A DNA stretch of 63,216 bases, filler included, from Piedraia hortae CBS 480.64 (lineage: Eukaryota): the NCBI GenBank assembly GCA_010093745.1. It is 3 parts of 3 records of this genome, joined end to end, with 100 filler letters (N's around TTAATTAATTAA, not from the genome) between each part and the next. Parts side by side here need not be neighbours in the genome. Positions count along the whole stretch, not along the records: positions 1 to 26,276 come from MU006057.1; positions 26,377 to 51,849 come from MU006058.1; 1 more part is not named here. One strand, given 5' to 3'. The notes under the pieces were generated by a model. That model did no database searches. It was not told the origin of the DNA and worked only from the letters and a program-made list of their open reading frames with translations. The position numbers and the translations under genes are program-made. Shown in pieces: positions 24,070 to 35,708 of the stretch; positions within the stretch are counted from its first letter, which is position 1; every line of letters begins with the position of its first letter.

Positions 24070-24432
24070 AGGGTAAATGTGATTGGATGATGATGGTGCG
24101 GTGGTATATCCACATTCGGAGAATTCTCCGAACCGGCAAATTAATTACATCATTCGCACTACGCGTGATCAACGCGACATGGCCTGGTTGACCTTGATTT
24201 TTGCTCTTCCATCGTCACTGGGAAGTTCTGTGCCTGTCCATTCTCAACCGTTAAACGCGCGCACGATCAATTTGACGCCCAAATAACACGCGACCGTCCG
24301 GATCCTGTTCAGACCATCCAACCACCTCCATTTTGGTGCGCGTCGACGAACACTGTACAGTAACCCTTTTGCGCACGGTAGGGCTGTCGAATCCCGTGTA
24401 GCTGGTAATGATACATTACTCTTGACGGTGAT

Positions 24433-25767
24433 ATGCCGGCCTACCGGCGGCACCACACAACTACATTCACGGCCAATTCCAGTGGGTGCGAGAGGAATGC
24501 GCCAGCGGATGCGACTTGTGAATGGCAAAGCGCATGTTCGGGTAAGAGGACATCAGTAGGCTGGGCACTTGCCCGAAATGCCCTGAAGATTCCCCAGTCG
24601 CCGTTGAGCCTGATCGAATCGCGCCCTTCGTGCTCACCAGATCAGGACATCTCCACAGAACTGCACAAGCAATCTGTGTCGCTGGACGATGCCCAACCAT
24701 GCAAGCTAATATTCCCACCGACTCCTCAAACTTTGGTCAGATCAGACGAGTCTGAAGCTGAACATTCACCCTCGACTCCCACATCAACTCCCGCATCCAG
24801 CTCTCTTTTCAAGGCGTCATACTCCCGTGGAATTACGACAAATTATATTATGACTCCCAGTCCTTCGCCCCACGCCAATATTGAATCGCATGAGTCTAAT
24901 CTTTGCTTTACAAGCCTCCAACCTCCACTCCCGTCCTCAGCCGAGACGTTTCCCTCAGCAGAGTCTTTCCATTCAGCCAGGCAATCGCCCAGCTCATTCC
25001 ATAGTGAAGGAGTTATCACGCAATCAGGAGATCCGCGTAATGAGTTGGAGGTCTCCGAAGACAACCAAGACACGCTTTTTGATGGTCCATCACCATTTAC
25101 TCTGGAAGCAAGGCAACTGGGACGCCCTCGTTGTGATCGACTTGACTCGGACTTTGGAAACCTCGTCTCCTACATATCCAAAGAAGATCTTAACGATGCA
25201 GCCGCTTCCGCTGATAAAACCAACGACACTTCCTATGAGCAGACATGCCAAGGTAGTGCAATGCATCACAGCCTTCCAGCCGAACGCAACATCACACCAT
25301 CCGAGTCCTATTTCCCTGACCTCATGCTGAGAATGCATAAACTTCGACGTATGCCCAAAATCCAGTCACTTCGCAGTCTTTCTGGAGGATTCAGAGCAGT
25401 CTCTGACGGAGACAATGCCACAACACCTCAGCCGAGGCTGATCCGCAGGAAGCCATTGCCGGATCGAAGACTGGTATCTGAACCAATAAAGCTTCACCAT
25501 ACGCCTAGCATCGAGCAAGAGAGTTGGGGATTGCACATCCCCAAGACCCGAGAGCGTGCTGCATTTGAAGCATTGAGTTGTAAAGTGACCCCATTGAGAT
25601 CCCACAGCGCTGCTGCGGTTGAGAAACCGAAGCCAAGACCACGAAGTTTACGTCACTCCCAGGGGAATATTGAAGAGATTTTGTTCCGGTCTTCCTCTGC
25701 ACCGTTCCAAGGAATGAGAAGTAATGTTGAAATGGCGTTTGTATTACCAAATAATGTTGTGGATTGA
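24433..25767 (+). CDS. hypothetical Ser/Pro-rich, probably disordered protein
   Basis: 444-aa open frame with ATG; no recognisable domain. Confidence 0.6.
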   Translation: MPAYRRHHTTTFTANSSGCERNAPADATCEWQSACSGKRTSVGWALARNALKIPQSPLSLIESRPSCSPDQDISTELHKQSVSLDDAQPCKLIFPPTPQTLVRSDESEAEHSPSTPTSTPASSSLFKASYSRGITTNYIMTPSPSPHANIESHESNLCFTSLQPPLPSSAETFPSAESFHSARQSPSSFHSEGVITQSGDPRNELEVSEDNQDTLFDGPSPFTLEARQLGRPRCDRLDSDFGNLVSYISKEDLNDAAASADKTNDTSYEQTCQGSAMHHSLPAERNITPSESYFPDLMLRMHKLRRMPKIQSLRSLSGGFRAVSDGDNATTPQPRLIRRKPLPDRRLVSEPIKLHHTPSIEQESWGLHIPKTRERAAFEALSCKVTPLRSHSAAAVEKPKPRPRSLRHSQGNIEEILFRSSSAPFQGMRSNVEMAFVLPNNVVD

Positions 25768-26276
25768 ATTTTGGCAGCACTGAGTTCATCCCTGGTGGAT
25801 GAACTTGAAGTGACTTGTCGGTTTAATTTCTGGAATATATACCCGGTTTGAGTCACAGTCTCTTGTGTATGAAGTTATTTTCAATAAATTGAGTGGGTAT
25901 TTGGTATCGGTCCCTAGCATAATGAGCAAACATCGGCGGGCCCCCGATGTTTGAAAAAAATGTTTGGTCTAAAAACACGTCAAAATGATGGTAGAGTGCT
26001 CTAGAGTGTATGGAAAGGTGTTTTGGGAGATTCTGGAGGGGGTCGAAAAAATCCGCCTGCGATGTTTGCTTTCAGTTCGCCTAGGATGTTTGGTTTTTGC
26101 TGGACTTGTGGAGGCGAAATTTGAACAGGGTAATGAGATGGTCCCGATGCAGGTTAGGAAAAAAGTTGAGATGATTCTAGTGGTTGGATGGCGATATAGG
26201 CAGGCAGTGGTTGGGGGTAGGGAGAGTAGTGGTGGGGGGATAGGGTTGGTAGTATATACCCCCCCAAAAAACGAAA

Positions 26277-26376
26277 NNNNNNNNNNNNNNNNNNNNNNNN
26301 NNNNNNNNNNNNNNNNNNNNTTAATTAATTAANNNNNNNNNNNNNNNNNNNNNNNNNNNNNNNNNNNNNNNNNNNN
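26277..26376. other. artificial contig linker
   Basis: N44-TTAATTAATTAA-N44, 100 nt, stop codons in all six frames. Confidence 0.97.
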
Positions 26377-26569
26377 TGAAGCATATGGAAAAGGTCGTTG
26401 GATTCGTCACTTTTTAAGGATTACCTTGGAAGGGATGAACTCCAGTGAAGACTTTTGCAGGTTCGAGCACTACAACGATGAACGGTCTGCGTTGATGGAA
26501 TAAGACACCTTAGCAGGGGCAGAAGGGTAGAGACAAGTGCGTTAGCTTTTATAGCTCGTATGATAGAAG

Positions 26570-26814
26570 TGTTGTTGAGAAGTATCAGTGCCATACCTCA
26601 GCCTGATAACAAAGACTGTACGAAGAAAAATCCTTTATAGCAAATACTCAGAGCATAATAAAGATGATAATTGGGCAATGCAGTAATATTTGAAATTGTT
26701 TAGATAAAGAAGCTACTTGTATATAAGCTCGCTGCTGAACATCAGAGAAGATAATTTTGTAAAAGAAACTCAATTTTCAGAACAATTACGTTACGCAACA
26801 CCTATCTTCCAACA
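26570..26814 (+). repeat. ~245-bp dispersed repeat, inverted relative to 48367-48614
   Basis: Shared blocks TGTTGTTGAGAAGTATCAGTGCCATACCTC, AAAGAAGCTACTTGTATATAAGCTCGCTGCTGAACATCAGA and CTATCTTCCAACA. Confidence 0.92.
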
Positions 26815-27034
26815 AATGCAACAGACCTTAACCGCCGAACGCCAAAAGATAGAAAGAAATGGGACGGCGAGATCCGAATCCATCTCAGAGCGGTCGACGA
26901 TTCCGTGGCTCTCGATCCCTTTCTCAAGTTCTTGCAGCCGCCATCGTGGGAGGTTCCCAGGTGTCCATCAGCGCGACAATCAGAAATCGAAAATTTGAGA
27001 GAAGACTGTGGTTCATAGCCCATTATCGATGGAC

Positions 27035-29544
27035 CTAGCTAGTCATCTTGTTCTCAAACATCTCATATGCCTTCAATGTCTTTCGCGTGACGCGCTTGGG
27101 TTTTTTGCGACTGCCGTAATCAGGTTGTCTTGCATGACGATTCTTTGATCCCTTGCCCTACCTTTCGCTATCCTTACCGCGTCCGTGCAGATGCCACTAA
27201 TTGCCGCGCCAGAGTATCCCTCTGTCGCTTTCGCGAGCGCATCGAAGTTCAACTTATCGCAACAAAATTTGGGCAATGTAATCTCGAAGATTTCCACCCT
27301 TCCTTGCAATTCAGGAAGGCAAAGTCAGATCATTTGTTCAAATCTGCCAGGATGAAGCAATGCCTCGTCTAGAGCTTGCGGGAAGTTAGTTGCGGCGATG
27401 ACTACAATGCCGGACTAAGCTTCGTAGTCGTCCATTTCTGCTAAGAGGGTGCGGTCAAGGTTGAGTCCACTGCGACTTTTGGACTTGCGAGTCTTGCCGA
27501 TAGCCTCGAACTTGTCAAAGAAGATGACGCACGGCTCTGCCTGATGAGCTGTAGTGAATAGTTTTCGCATTGCGCGCTCGCTCTCTCCAACGTACATATT
27601 AACAAGCTTGGACGCTTTGATTGATATGAAGTTGACGTGATAAGTGTTGACTATGCCTTGGGCCGTCATTGTCTTTGAGCAGCCTGGGGGTCCATATAGA
27701 ATAAAGCCTCTGCAAGGGGGTCCGGGGAGTCGGGATCATTAAGCAACTCTCCGAACTGCTCACCAATAAAGTGCTTTCACTCGTTCTCTTAATGATGTAG
27801 AACCGCCGATATCGCTGCATTGGGTCTGGGGCTTAGTGACGATGAATGCTCCGAGTGCGTTGTGTTTGACTTCGTTCGAAACAGATTGATAGTCTGCAAG
27901 AGTGATCTCTTCCTCTTTCACCGAGCGCGATAAGCGCCCCTCGGCCGCATCTACTGTGAATTCAACGAGAACTAGTAGAGCACTGCTCGTGAAGCCATGA
28001 GTTTTATATCTCATTGTTTGCACAAGTTCGTGTGCCACTGACAATCCGAGCAGAGAGGACAGAATCTCCTGGCATGCTCGCGTATTCGAAATGGACAGCT
28101 CAACCGCTCGCTTGCAGCATTCAATCTTTATTCTGCCGTGGAGACCGTCGAGGTCATGCGTGGCGGCCATGTTGACAACCCTCTCCTTCTTTAATTTGCA
28201 CGCTTCATCATAAATCAGACTCACAGTTATGTCGTTGCTGCTGGATGCAAGCTTCTCGATGTTGTCCATAACTATCTGTCGGAGGGGTGAGCCTCCGAGG
28301 ATTAGAGCGGAGTGGATGTTAACGACGAAAGTTTTCACTCAACTTTTACTGAAAAAGGTGAAAATGTAATTGTCTATCTCTATGAGGTGAGGTTCGAAAC
28401 CTCCCCCACACTACCTCATTCTAACCGCATTTGCCAGGACAACGTCAGCGAACCATGCCCTTAAGCATGAATGAGACAATGACCCGTCTCAGGGAAAACT
28501 TCCTCTATAGAGGTAAAAACCCTGAGAAGTTTCGACTTTTATCTATGGTTCTGGTCATGGTGGGTGCTACATCCTTTTGACACTATCATTGATTGCTGGT
28601 TTTTCACGGCGGCCTGAAAGATATCGCGGATTGCAGAGCATAATTTGGCAGATGGAGGCATGGCTCTGTCGATGCAAAACGCATTGCAGGCCTTCGATCG
28701 TTCCAGTCCTTTGAGCAGTGCGATCTTTCCAGTCCCTTCGTACCCGTGAATGATGAGATGCAGGTAGGAATGTCTGGTTTCGGAAGCTTTGTCATTTACC
28801 GTTCTCGCAGCATTCGAGCAATGTGAGACCTGATGCGTTTAATTTGATTTGTCAGACCAGGCATAGCATCTGCAGCCAAAATTGTCTCTTCGTCCATGAG
28901 TTCAAGCGGTGCTGCTTTTGATGATGTATCTGCCAGTGTCAGCTGACTCTTGTCTTTGTACTTGAACATTCTAGAGATTGTCGCACGGCCTTGGCTTTCT
29001 ATCCGTTCGACTACAAAGCGCTTTTTAAACCAATCTCCAGAGACGTCTAAAACTCTGCCAACGACAATGGCCTCGAAGCCGTGCAATAAAACTCACACAG
29101 CGTAACGAAAAAGTGTCTCCATTCTTCCAGGATCATCGGAACATTCTCAGACGTCGGGGGTGCAATGTCTTGCAAGATCACTTTGCTAGCCTCTGAAATG
29201 GCACCTTCAGCCTTAGATTTAATGACTTGCTGGTTGTCCTTGAATACAAATGCGTTCCGCATGATATCGGTCGTCTTTACAGGTGTCGTCTTTGGGGTGT
29301 TTTTGCGGTCATTGGCTCTCCAGGCGATGCCGTATCCAGAAACACCATCTGTATCTGTAGTGATATTGCAAAGCTGTCCAACTTTCAAATCAAGTTTTCC
29401 TAAAGCCTCTGGCGAGAGGTTCACTCTGAATGCAGTTTTTGGATCTGGCGAGAGGTGCATTCTGAAAGCCGTCTCCGGATTTTTAGATCTCGAAAGGCCA
29501 GCTATTTTCAATGTCAGGTCGGGTTTCTTGTCGTAAGAAGAAAT
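27035..29544 (-). pseudogene. decayed tandem paralogue of the AFG2 AAA ATPase
   Basis: Colinear fragments in several frames match 30011-32188 (GYGIAWR, DAMPGL, YKTHGFT, NTYHVNFISIK, ATEGYSGA); start ATG changed to ATT; stops, frameshifts and a solo LTR insertion. Confidence 0.92.
28277..28582. mobile_element. solo LTR (306 bp) with 5-bp target-site duplication
   Basis: TGTC...GACA termini flanked by CTATC at 28272-28276 and 28583-28587; removing it restores alignment with the intact AFG2. Confidence 0.88.
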
Positions 29545-30010
29545 CGTGTTGGTGATGTCAATGTTACGTGTGTTCAGACGTAGCGAATTAATTTCGAAAT
29601 AGTTGCTATCACGGGACAGTATCCGCGTTCAGGTGATCCCAAAAAGAACCTAACTCTCCTTCACTAGATCCTTAAGAATGATAGAATATTTAGCAAGACG
29701 TAGGACCCCGCCACTACAACAGTATTAGTCCAGCAGAAGCCATCTGGAAGTGCTACAGCAGTCAAGGATGATATAGACATGATGGACAATTCTTAGTGCG
29801 CTAGTTTGATCGAGGTAGGTACTCATGCAAAACGATTATCCTGGGTTAAAAGATGTCAACTATCTAGCCCTGACCCTACTATAAGTTATCACATAAGATC
29901 TCACGATCCTTTTACCCTCGCTAAAAGGTATCTCCCCATGTGACTCGGTGATAAAGTACAAGTATAAAGACAAGTGAAAACTCATGATTCGTAGCCTATC
30001 AACATAAAAT

Positions 30011-32188
30011 TTAGCTAATCCTACGATTTTTAAACGCTTCAAATGCTTGCAAAGTCTTCTGCGTGATACGTTGAGGTCTCTCTTTGACGGCTGTCATCAG
30101 GTCATTTTGCATGACGATTTTTTCATCGCCGGCCCTCCGTTTAGCCATCGTCACCGCTTTCTTGCAAATACCGCTGATCTCAGCACCAGAGTAGCCCTCT
30201 GTCGCTTCCGCAACCGCATCCAAGTCTATCTTATCGCAAGGAACTTTGGACAGTGCGATTTTGATAATCTCCCTCCTGCCTTGCAATTCGGGCAGGCCGA
30301 CATAGATTAAGTCATCAAACCTACCAGGACGGAGCAACGCCTCGTCTAGAGCCTGTGGGAAGTTAGTTGCGGCGATGACTACGACGCCAGAGGCAGCTTC
30401 GAAGCCGTCCATTTCTGTTAGTAGGGTCTGGACGAGATTGAGTCCACTGGGACCTTTGGATTCGCGAGTCTTGCCGATAGCCTCGAACTCGTCAAAGAAG
30501 ATGATACACGGCTTTGCTTGACGGGCCTTGGCGAACAGTTTCCGCATCCCGCGCTCACTTTCACCGATGTACATGTTCACAAGCTCGGACCCCTTGATGG
30601 AAATGAAATTGACATGGTAAGTATTGGCAATGGCCTTGGCTGTCATTGTTTTTGAACAGCCTGGCGGGCCGTATAGGAGAATGCTGTTCGATTCGGGGGG
30701 TGGGTATCTGGGGTCAGGTGGCAAGTCTCCGATTAGCTCACCAATCAATTCGTCCACTTGTTCTCTCAATGATTCAGACCCCCCAATATCGCTCCATTGA
30801 GTCTCGGGCTTGGTGACGATGAATCCTCCCAGTGCATTTGGTTTGACTCTTTTCAACGCAAGTAGGAAATCTGAGAGGGTGATCTCCTCTGCTTGGGGCG
30901 CGCAAAATAGTCGCTTTTTGGCTGCCACTTGGGTATGTTCAACGACTTTCAGCAGAGCACTGCCCGTGAAGCCGTGGGTTTTGTACCCCATCGTTCGAAC
31001 AAGCTCGGTCGTGACTGGCAGCTCTAGCATAGAGGCGAGTATTTCCCGACGTGCCCTTGCGTCCGGAATGGGGAGTTCGACCTCAAATTTGCAGCATTCC
31101 ATTGTCACCCTGCCATGAAGGTCGTCAAGATCACGAGTGGCAGCCACGACAATAACTCTCTCCTTCTTGAGGTTGCGTACTTCATCGCAGAGCAGACCTA
31201 CAGTGGCATCATTGCTGCTAGATGCAAGCTTTTCGATGTTGTCGATGATAATCAAAGACGGCTGCGCTTTCACTGCGGCATGGAAGGTGTCACGAATAGC
31301 AGAGCTTATTTTTGCCGACTGCAGTTTGGTTTTGTCTATCCTGAACACATGGCAAGACTTGGACTGCTCCAATTTTTGTAGCAACATGCTTTTGCCAGTC
31401 CCCTCGTAACCGTGAATGATCATGTGCATGGTGACATCCTTGCCTTTCGAGGCCTCGTCCCCTTGCCGGCTTCGCAGCATTGTGGCAAGGTGAGTGCTAA
31501 TTTCCTTGACCTGATCGGATAGACCAGGCATGGCATCTGTAGCCAATATTGAATGTTCGTCAATGACTTCAAATGATTCGGCCTTTGACGCGTGATCTGC
31601 CAGTATCAGCTGAGTCTTGCCAGTGAATTTGAGCAACCCAGAGATGGTAGCATGACCAAGTGTGTCTATGCGCTCAATTACGAAGCGCTTCTTCACTACG
31701 TTTCCGGAGATGTTAAGAACCATGCCAACAGCGATGGCCTCGCACTCGTACAGTAAATTCCACACAGCGTTTTGCGTAAATATTTCAAACCCTTCAGTAT
31801 CGTCCATAGACCTCTCGATACTGGTTTCGTATTCTGGGGGAGTGATTTCATTCAATACCACTGTGCTAGCAAATAGAATGGGATTTCCCGCCTTAGAAAT
31901 GGTGACTTGTTGGTTTTCTTTAAAGCCAAAAGTATTCCTCATGACCTCACTCATCTTTACAGAAGCCTTCTTTGGGGAGTCCATGCTGTCATTTCCTCTC
32001 CAGGCGATGCCGTAACCTGAAATGGCATCTGCGTCAGTAGTGATATGGCAAAGTTGCCCAATTTTTAGGTCAAGTTTTTCTAAAGTTTCTGGCGAGAGAT
32101 GCACTCTAAATGCAGTTTTCGTATCTTGAGATCCCTTGAGGGGGACAATCTTCAACTTTTGGTCGGGTTTTCTACCGTGAGAAGACAT
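30011..32188 (-). CDS. AFG2: type II AAA+ ATPase, AFG2/Drg1/SPATA5 family
   Basis: D2 Walker A GPPGCSKT, Walker B IIFFDE, ALLRPGRFD; degenerate D1 (GYEGTGKS, IIIDNIE); probable ATG 32188 although the frame is open further upstream. Confidence 0.85.
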   Translation of the reverse strand: MSSHGRKPDQKLKIVPLKGSQDTKTAFRVHLSPETLEKLDLKIGQLCHITTDADAISGYGIAWRGNDSMDSPKKASVKMSEVMRNTFGFKENQQVTISKAGNPILFASTVVLNEITPPEYETSIERSMDDTEGFEIFTQNAVWNLLYECEAIAVGMVLNISGNVVKKRFVIERIDTLGHATISGLLKFTGKTQLILADHASKAESFEVIDEHSILATDAMPGLSDQVKEISTHLATMLRSRQGDEASKGKDVTMHMIIHGYEGTGKSMLLQKLEQSKSCHVFRIDKTKLQSAKISSAIRDTFHAAVKAQPSLIIIDNIEKLASSSNDATVGLLCDEVRNLKKERVIVVAATRDLDDLHGRVTMECCKFEVELPIPDARARREILASMLELPVTTELVRTMGYKTHGFTGSALLKVVEHTQVAAKKRLFCAPQAEEITLSDFLLALKRVKPNALGGFIVTKPETQWSDIGGSESLREQVDELIGELIGDLPPDPRYPPPESNSILLYGPPGCSKTMTAKAIANTYHVNFISIKGSELVNMYIGESERGMRKLFAKARQAKPCIIFFDEFEAIGKTRESKGPSGLNLVQTLLTEMDGFEAASGVVVIAATNFPQALDEALLRPGRFDDLIYVGLPELQGRREIIKIALSKVPCDKIDLDAVAEATEGYSGAEISGICKKAVTMAKRRAGDEKIVMQNDLMTAVKERPQRITQKTLQAFEAFKNRRIS

Positions 32189-32886
32189 CGTAACGGTGTA
32201 TGGAATGTTTAGCGTATCAAGACGTAGCAAATCAATTTCAAAACAGGCCATGTCGCGGAATAAGATCCGCGTGCACGTGACCCTAGAAAGAAATTCACCT
32301 TTTTCTACCAGGTCCTGACCTTTTGGATATAGTCTGCTCCTAGCTAAGCGCTGTCTTCTATTAAACATCCGTCGCAGTCCAGTAAGTGATGTGTGGAGAT
32401 GTTTTATAGGCGAGAATGATACAAACGTATTTGATAATCCGTGGTGCGCTAATTGGAATGAGGCATGAGACATGGATATGCAAAATTTTTTTTCCTATTC
32501 TCGTAAGAGGCCCGTGCCTAGCAGACTGTTGCAATGCCTCGAGATGGTGAAGGCTGAACTGCACACAAAGCGAAGAGTTTTGTCAAGATACCAATATGAC
32601 AACAGCAGATGCTTATGATGCAAGAAGTCTTTTAACCCCCTTGCAGGAGAAAAACTTTGACAGACTCACTACGGGCACTTTCCTTTTCGAGTTAGCAAGC
32701 GCCTCACCTAAGCTGCTGCACAGACAACGCCACAGCTGCAGATGACGTGTAGACGCCGGTCATAGGGCGCACAATACCAACGGCCGCACATGGGAGGGAA
32801 AATTAAACATTTAATACCCATACGCCCGCTTCTCGTCTCGCAACTGCGGTACGGTTTCTAATGCATACATTCATCGTGAGGTGTTT

Positions 32887-35314
32887 TCACCACAGACTGT
32901 CCGACATGTCGTCATCCCACAAATTATCCTCTTTGCTAGAAGACGGCTTGTTTCTCGAATAGCCCAGGTAGTCATGTGTCGAAGAGACACTATAGCCGCC
33001 TGAGTCCTTTCGGGAGCTGCGATTGCTCACAGGCTGTCCCATGATGTCGTTCACCCTTGTTGGGGCCGCATCGGTGGAGTATCTGCTTTCGTAATGCGTG
33101 CTGCTGCTGTCTTCTGCGGGGCTGTCTGGTGATTGCGGGTCGTCATTCCGTTGATTTTTAGCTTCAGGCTGTTGAGGCTGAGAAAGCAATCAGTACGACG
33201 TACGACATCCAAGTGAAGCTGACACTTACCGTTTGATAAGCTTTTTGGTGGCTGTGATCTACCTGTGGCTGCTGCTGCTGCTGCTGTGCTCTCTGGCGTG
33301 GCTGAGCTGTCTGTTGGGGGCCATGCATATAATTCTGCACCTTGGCCAAATAAGAGTACATGAAATTGCTCAACAAGACTTGGCTGTGAAGTGGACGTCG
33401 TGGGTTAGCAAGCTTCATGTGGGCCATGCGGTAGATGGCACGTTCCTCCATAATGCTAAAGCGTGTCCAGTTGTAGTCAATATCTGGCTTGAGCACCTTG
33501 GCAGACTGGTTCAGCATCAAGCTGCGCTCCGGTTTCCGCTTCTTTTCCTTGAGGTCCGAGTCCGACGTGCGCTTCTTGCCGAATATGGCAGATAACAGGC
33601 CAGAATCTTTCTCTTTCTTGGTTTCTGACCCCTTCTTATCCATCTGCACGTCCGAACGATTCAGCACTAAACTTGACCGTCCTCTCGAGCCATCAATGGA
33701 GTTTTGCAGCACATCCATTCGCGTCTTTTCGCTGGATGCTTTGGATAATCTGCCGTTCTTCTTCTCGGGCTCCTTTGACCCATCGTCCGAGCCGAGGATC
33801 CACTTCCAAGGACCCTTCCGCGACGTATCCTTTTTCTCGACTTTTTTGTCCTCAAAGGTGGGGACCATAGTCAAAGCATCGGTGCGCGAGCTGCCGCTTC
33901 CTGGCAATGGTGATGGAGAGGATGATATATCATCCAGCGTGGACGTTGGCGACTGCTGTTGCCCCGGCGCTGGACGCGAATGAGCTCCCCGATGGAGGGG
34001 TCGCGGCAAATCAAACGACGACTTGCGCTCTGGGTACTGCTGTTTAATCAACGCAGCTACAGGCACTTTAGTGCCGTCCGGCAGCGTCTCTATGATGTTC
34101 GGCAGCGGATTTGTGTTGTTGTATCCCGGCAGCTGGGCGGTGGTGCGACCACCGCTGGCCAGTCGCGAGTGAAATGGGCGTGGCTGAGGGCCCCGACGTG
34201 GCGGTTCTGCCGCATGCCCTGGCTTTCGCTCGGGTGAAGGGCTGCGTCTGCCCACGGTGCTGTCGCGCACCAAGTCTTCAGATGAGCGGCTTGGGCTGTG
34301 CCACGAGCTTGGAGGGACATCGGTGGGGGATTTGGCTGACACCGGGTCTGTCTTCACCCTGGTGAGTCCCAGCACCGGCTCGCGATCTTCAAGATCAAGA
34401 GTCAACGGTGTCTCCGGCGTTTGCGGCTCCTCGGCGTCCGGTTCAGTCTGCCGCTGCGGTACGCGCTTCGAGTTTCGTACTCTCTCGCCTTTTTTCAGGC
34501 TGCCCTTGCCGTATGAGGTGCGCGTGGAACGCTTCAACGACGGGCTAGTTGATGGTACCTTGGTCACATCGCCTGTAGGGGACGCGTCGGAGTCAGCGGA
34601 GTGGTGCAAGGTTTCCATGCCGGCGCGTGAAGCGTCATTGCTCACTAGAACCTCAAGTTCATGGAGGTCGGCCACGGTTGGCTGCAGCTCCTCCTCCCTC
34701 CGCTTCGATCGCTTCCGCTCCAGCCGTTCCGCGCCGTCTTCGTAGTTGCCCCTCGTGTCGATCTGGTTGGAAAGCATGCTCTTCTTCCTCCGCAAGCCCT
34801 CGCCTTTGAGTGATCGACCAGACACTGACCGCTCCAGGCCTTCAACCGACAGTGTATCGCTCTCTGCTCCCGAAGCCCGCCGTATCCGTTCAGCGCGGTC
34901 TTCTAGAAACGTCTTGAACCCTTTGGGATCCAATTCGGGGTGGAGGCGCGCCGGCACCCAAACCAGCTTGGACGCGTCCTCCTCCACGGGCGCGGCAAAT
35001 GAGGGAAGATCAGGATCGGTTGTATCCAGGTTCATAGACATGCGGCGAATGGCCTGGAGGTTGCTCAGCTCCTGCGCCACGGCCGCCGGGCTTGACTCAT
35101 AGTCAATGCTGTTCAGCGGGAGCTGGTGTATGGCCGTCTCGCTGGACTTTTGCCGCAGCAGCGACGGCTGCGCCTCGCTCACATCTTCAGCATGGGCTCC
35201 CACTACCGTCGCCGGTCGTTCTAAAACCTCAGCCGGCCCATTCAGATAGCTCAGTGGACGCCCTTCACTGTAGTAGCTGCCGATGGTCTCGGTAACATGC
35301 GAGCCGTTGGCCAT
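32887..35314 (-). CDS. ZDS1: Zds1-like PP2A-Cdc55 regulator (2 exons)
   Basis: WVPARLHPEL and Zds_C motif RFSIMEERAIYRMAHMKLANPRRPLHSQVLLSNFMYSYL; intron 33229-33178 (GTAAGT..CAG). Confidence 0.9.
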
Positions 35315-35708
35315 TTGCTGTTCGTAGCGCTCTTCCGGGACCTGTGTGGCCTGTCAGCGGCGGCTCAGCGGCCCCGCGCCGCATCCTCACCTGCATCATC
35401 ACGTGCGTATGTCGCCGTCACGCCCGCGCTCTACCATTCAGGTCGAGTCATAGCCGTGGACAGCCGTCTATCACTAACAATGGGGGGAGGCCAACGCGGC
35501 TATTCAGTTGACCCGTGTTCCGGGAGTTTACACGTAATGCTTGGCAGTTCGTGAGAAGGGCTGTGCGCGCAAATCACCGACAACGCGCGAACGGTTTCGT
35601 GAATGAAGGCAGAGGTGACGTTGCGTCAGACCATCCGCTGTGGAAAGGAACCGGATTAAGGTGGGACCCGCGTGGCTGTGCCTGTGGCGCGTGCAGTCCT
35701 GTGGAAAA

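Noticed and set aside
28385..28410. tRNA-like GGTTCGAAACC (also GGTTCGAAC at about 20983)
   Set aside because: No cloverleaf; one lies in the solo LTR and the other in the H3 intron
32189..32473. 95-codon N-terminal extension of the AFG2 ORF
   Set aside because: Starts at a non-ATG codon and has no motif; similarity to the duplicate is explained by a co-duplicated upstream region
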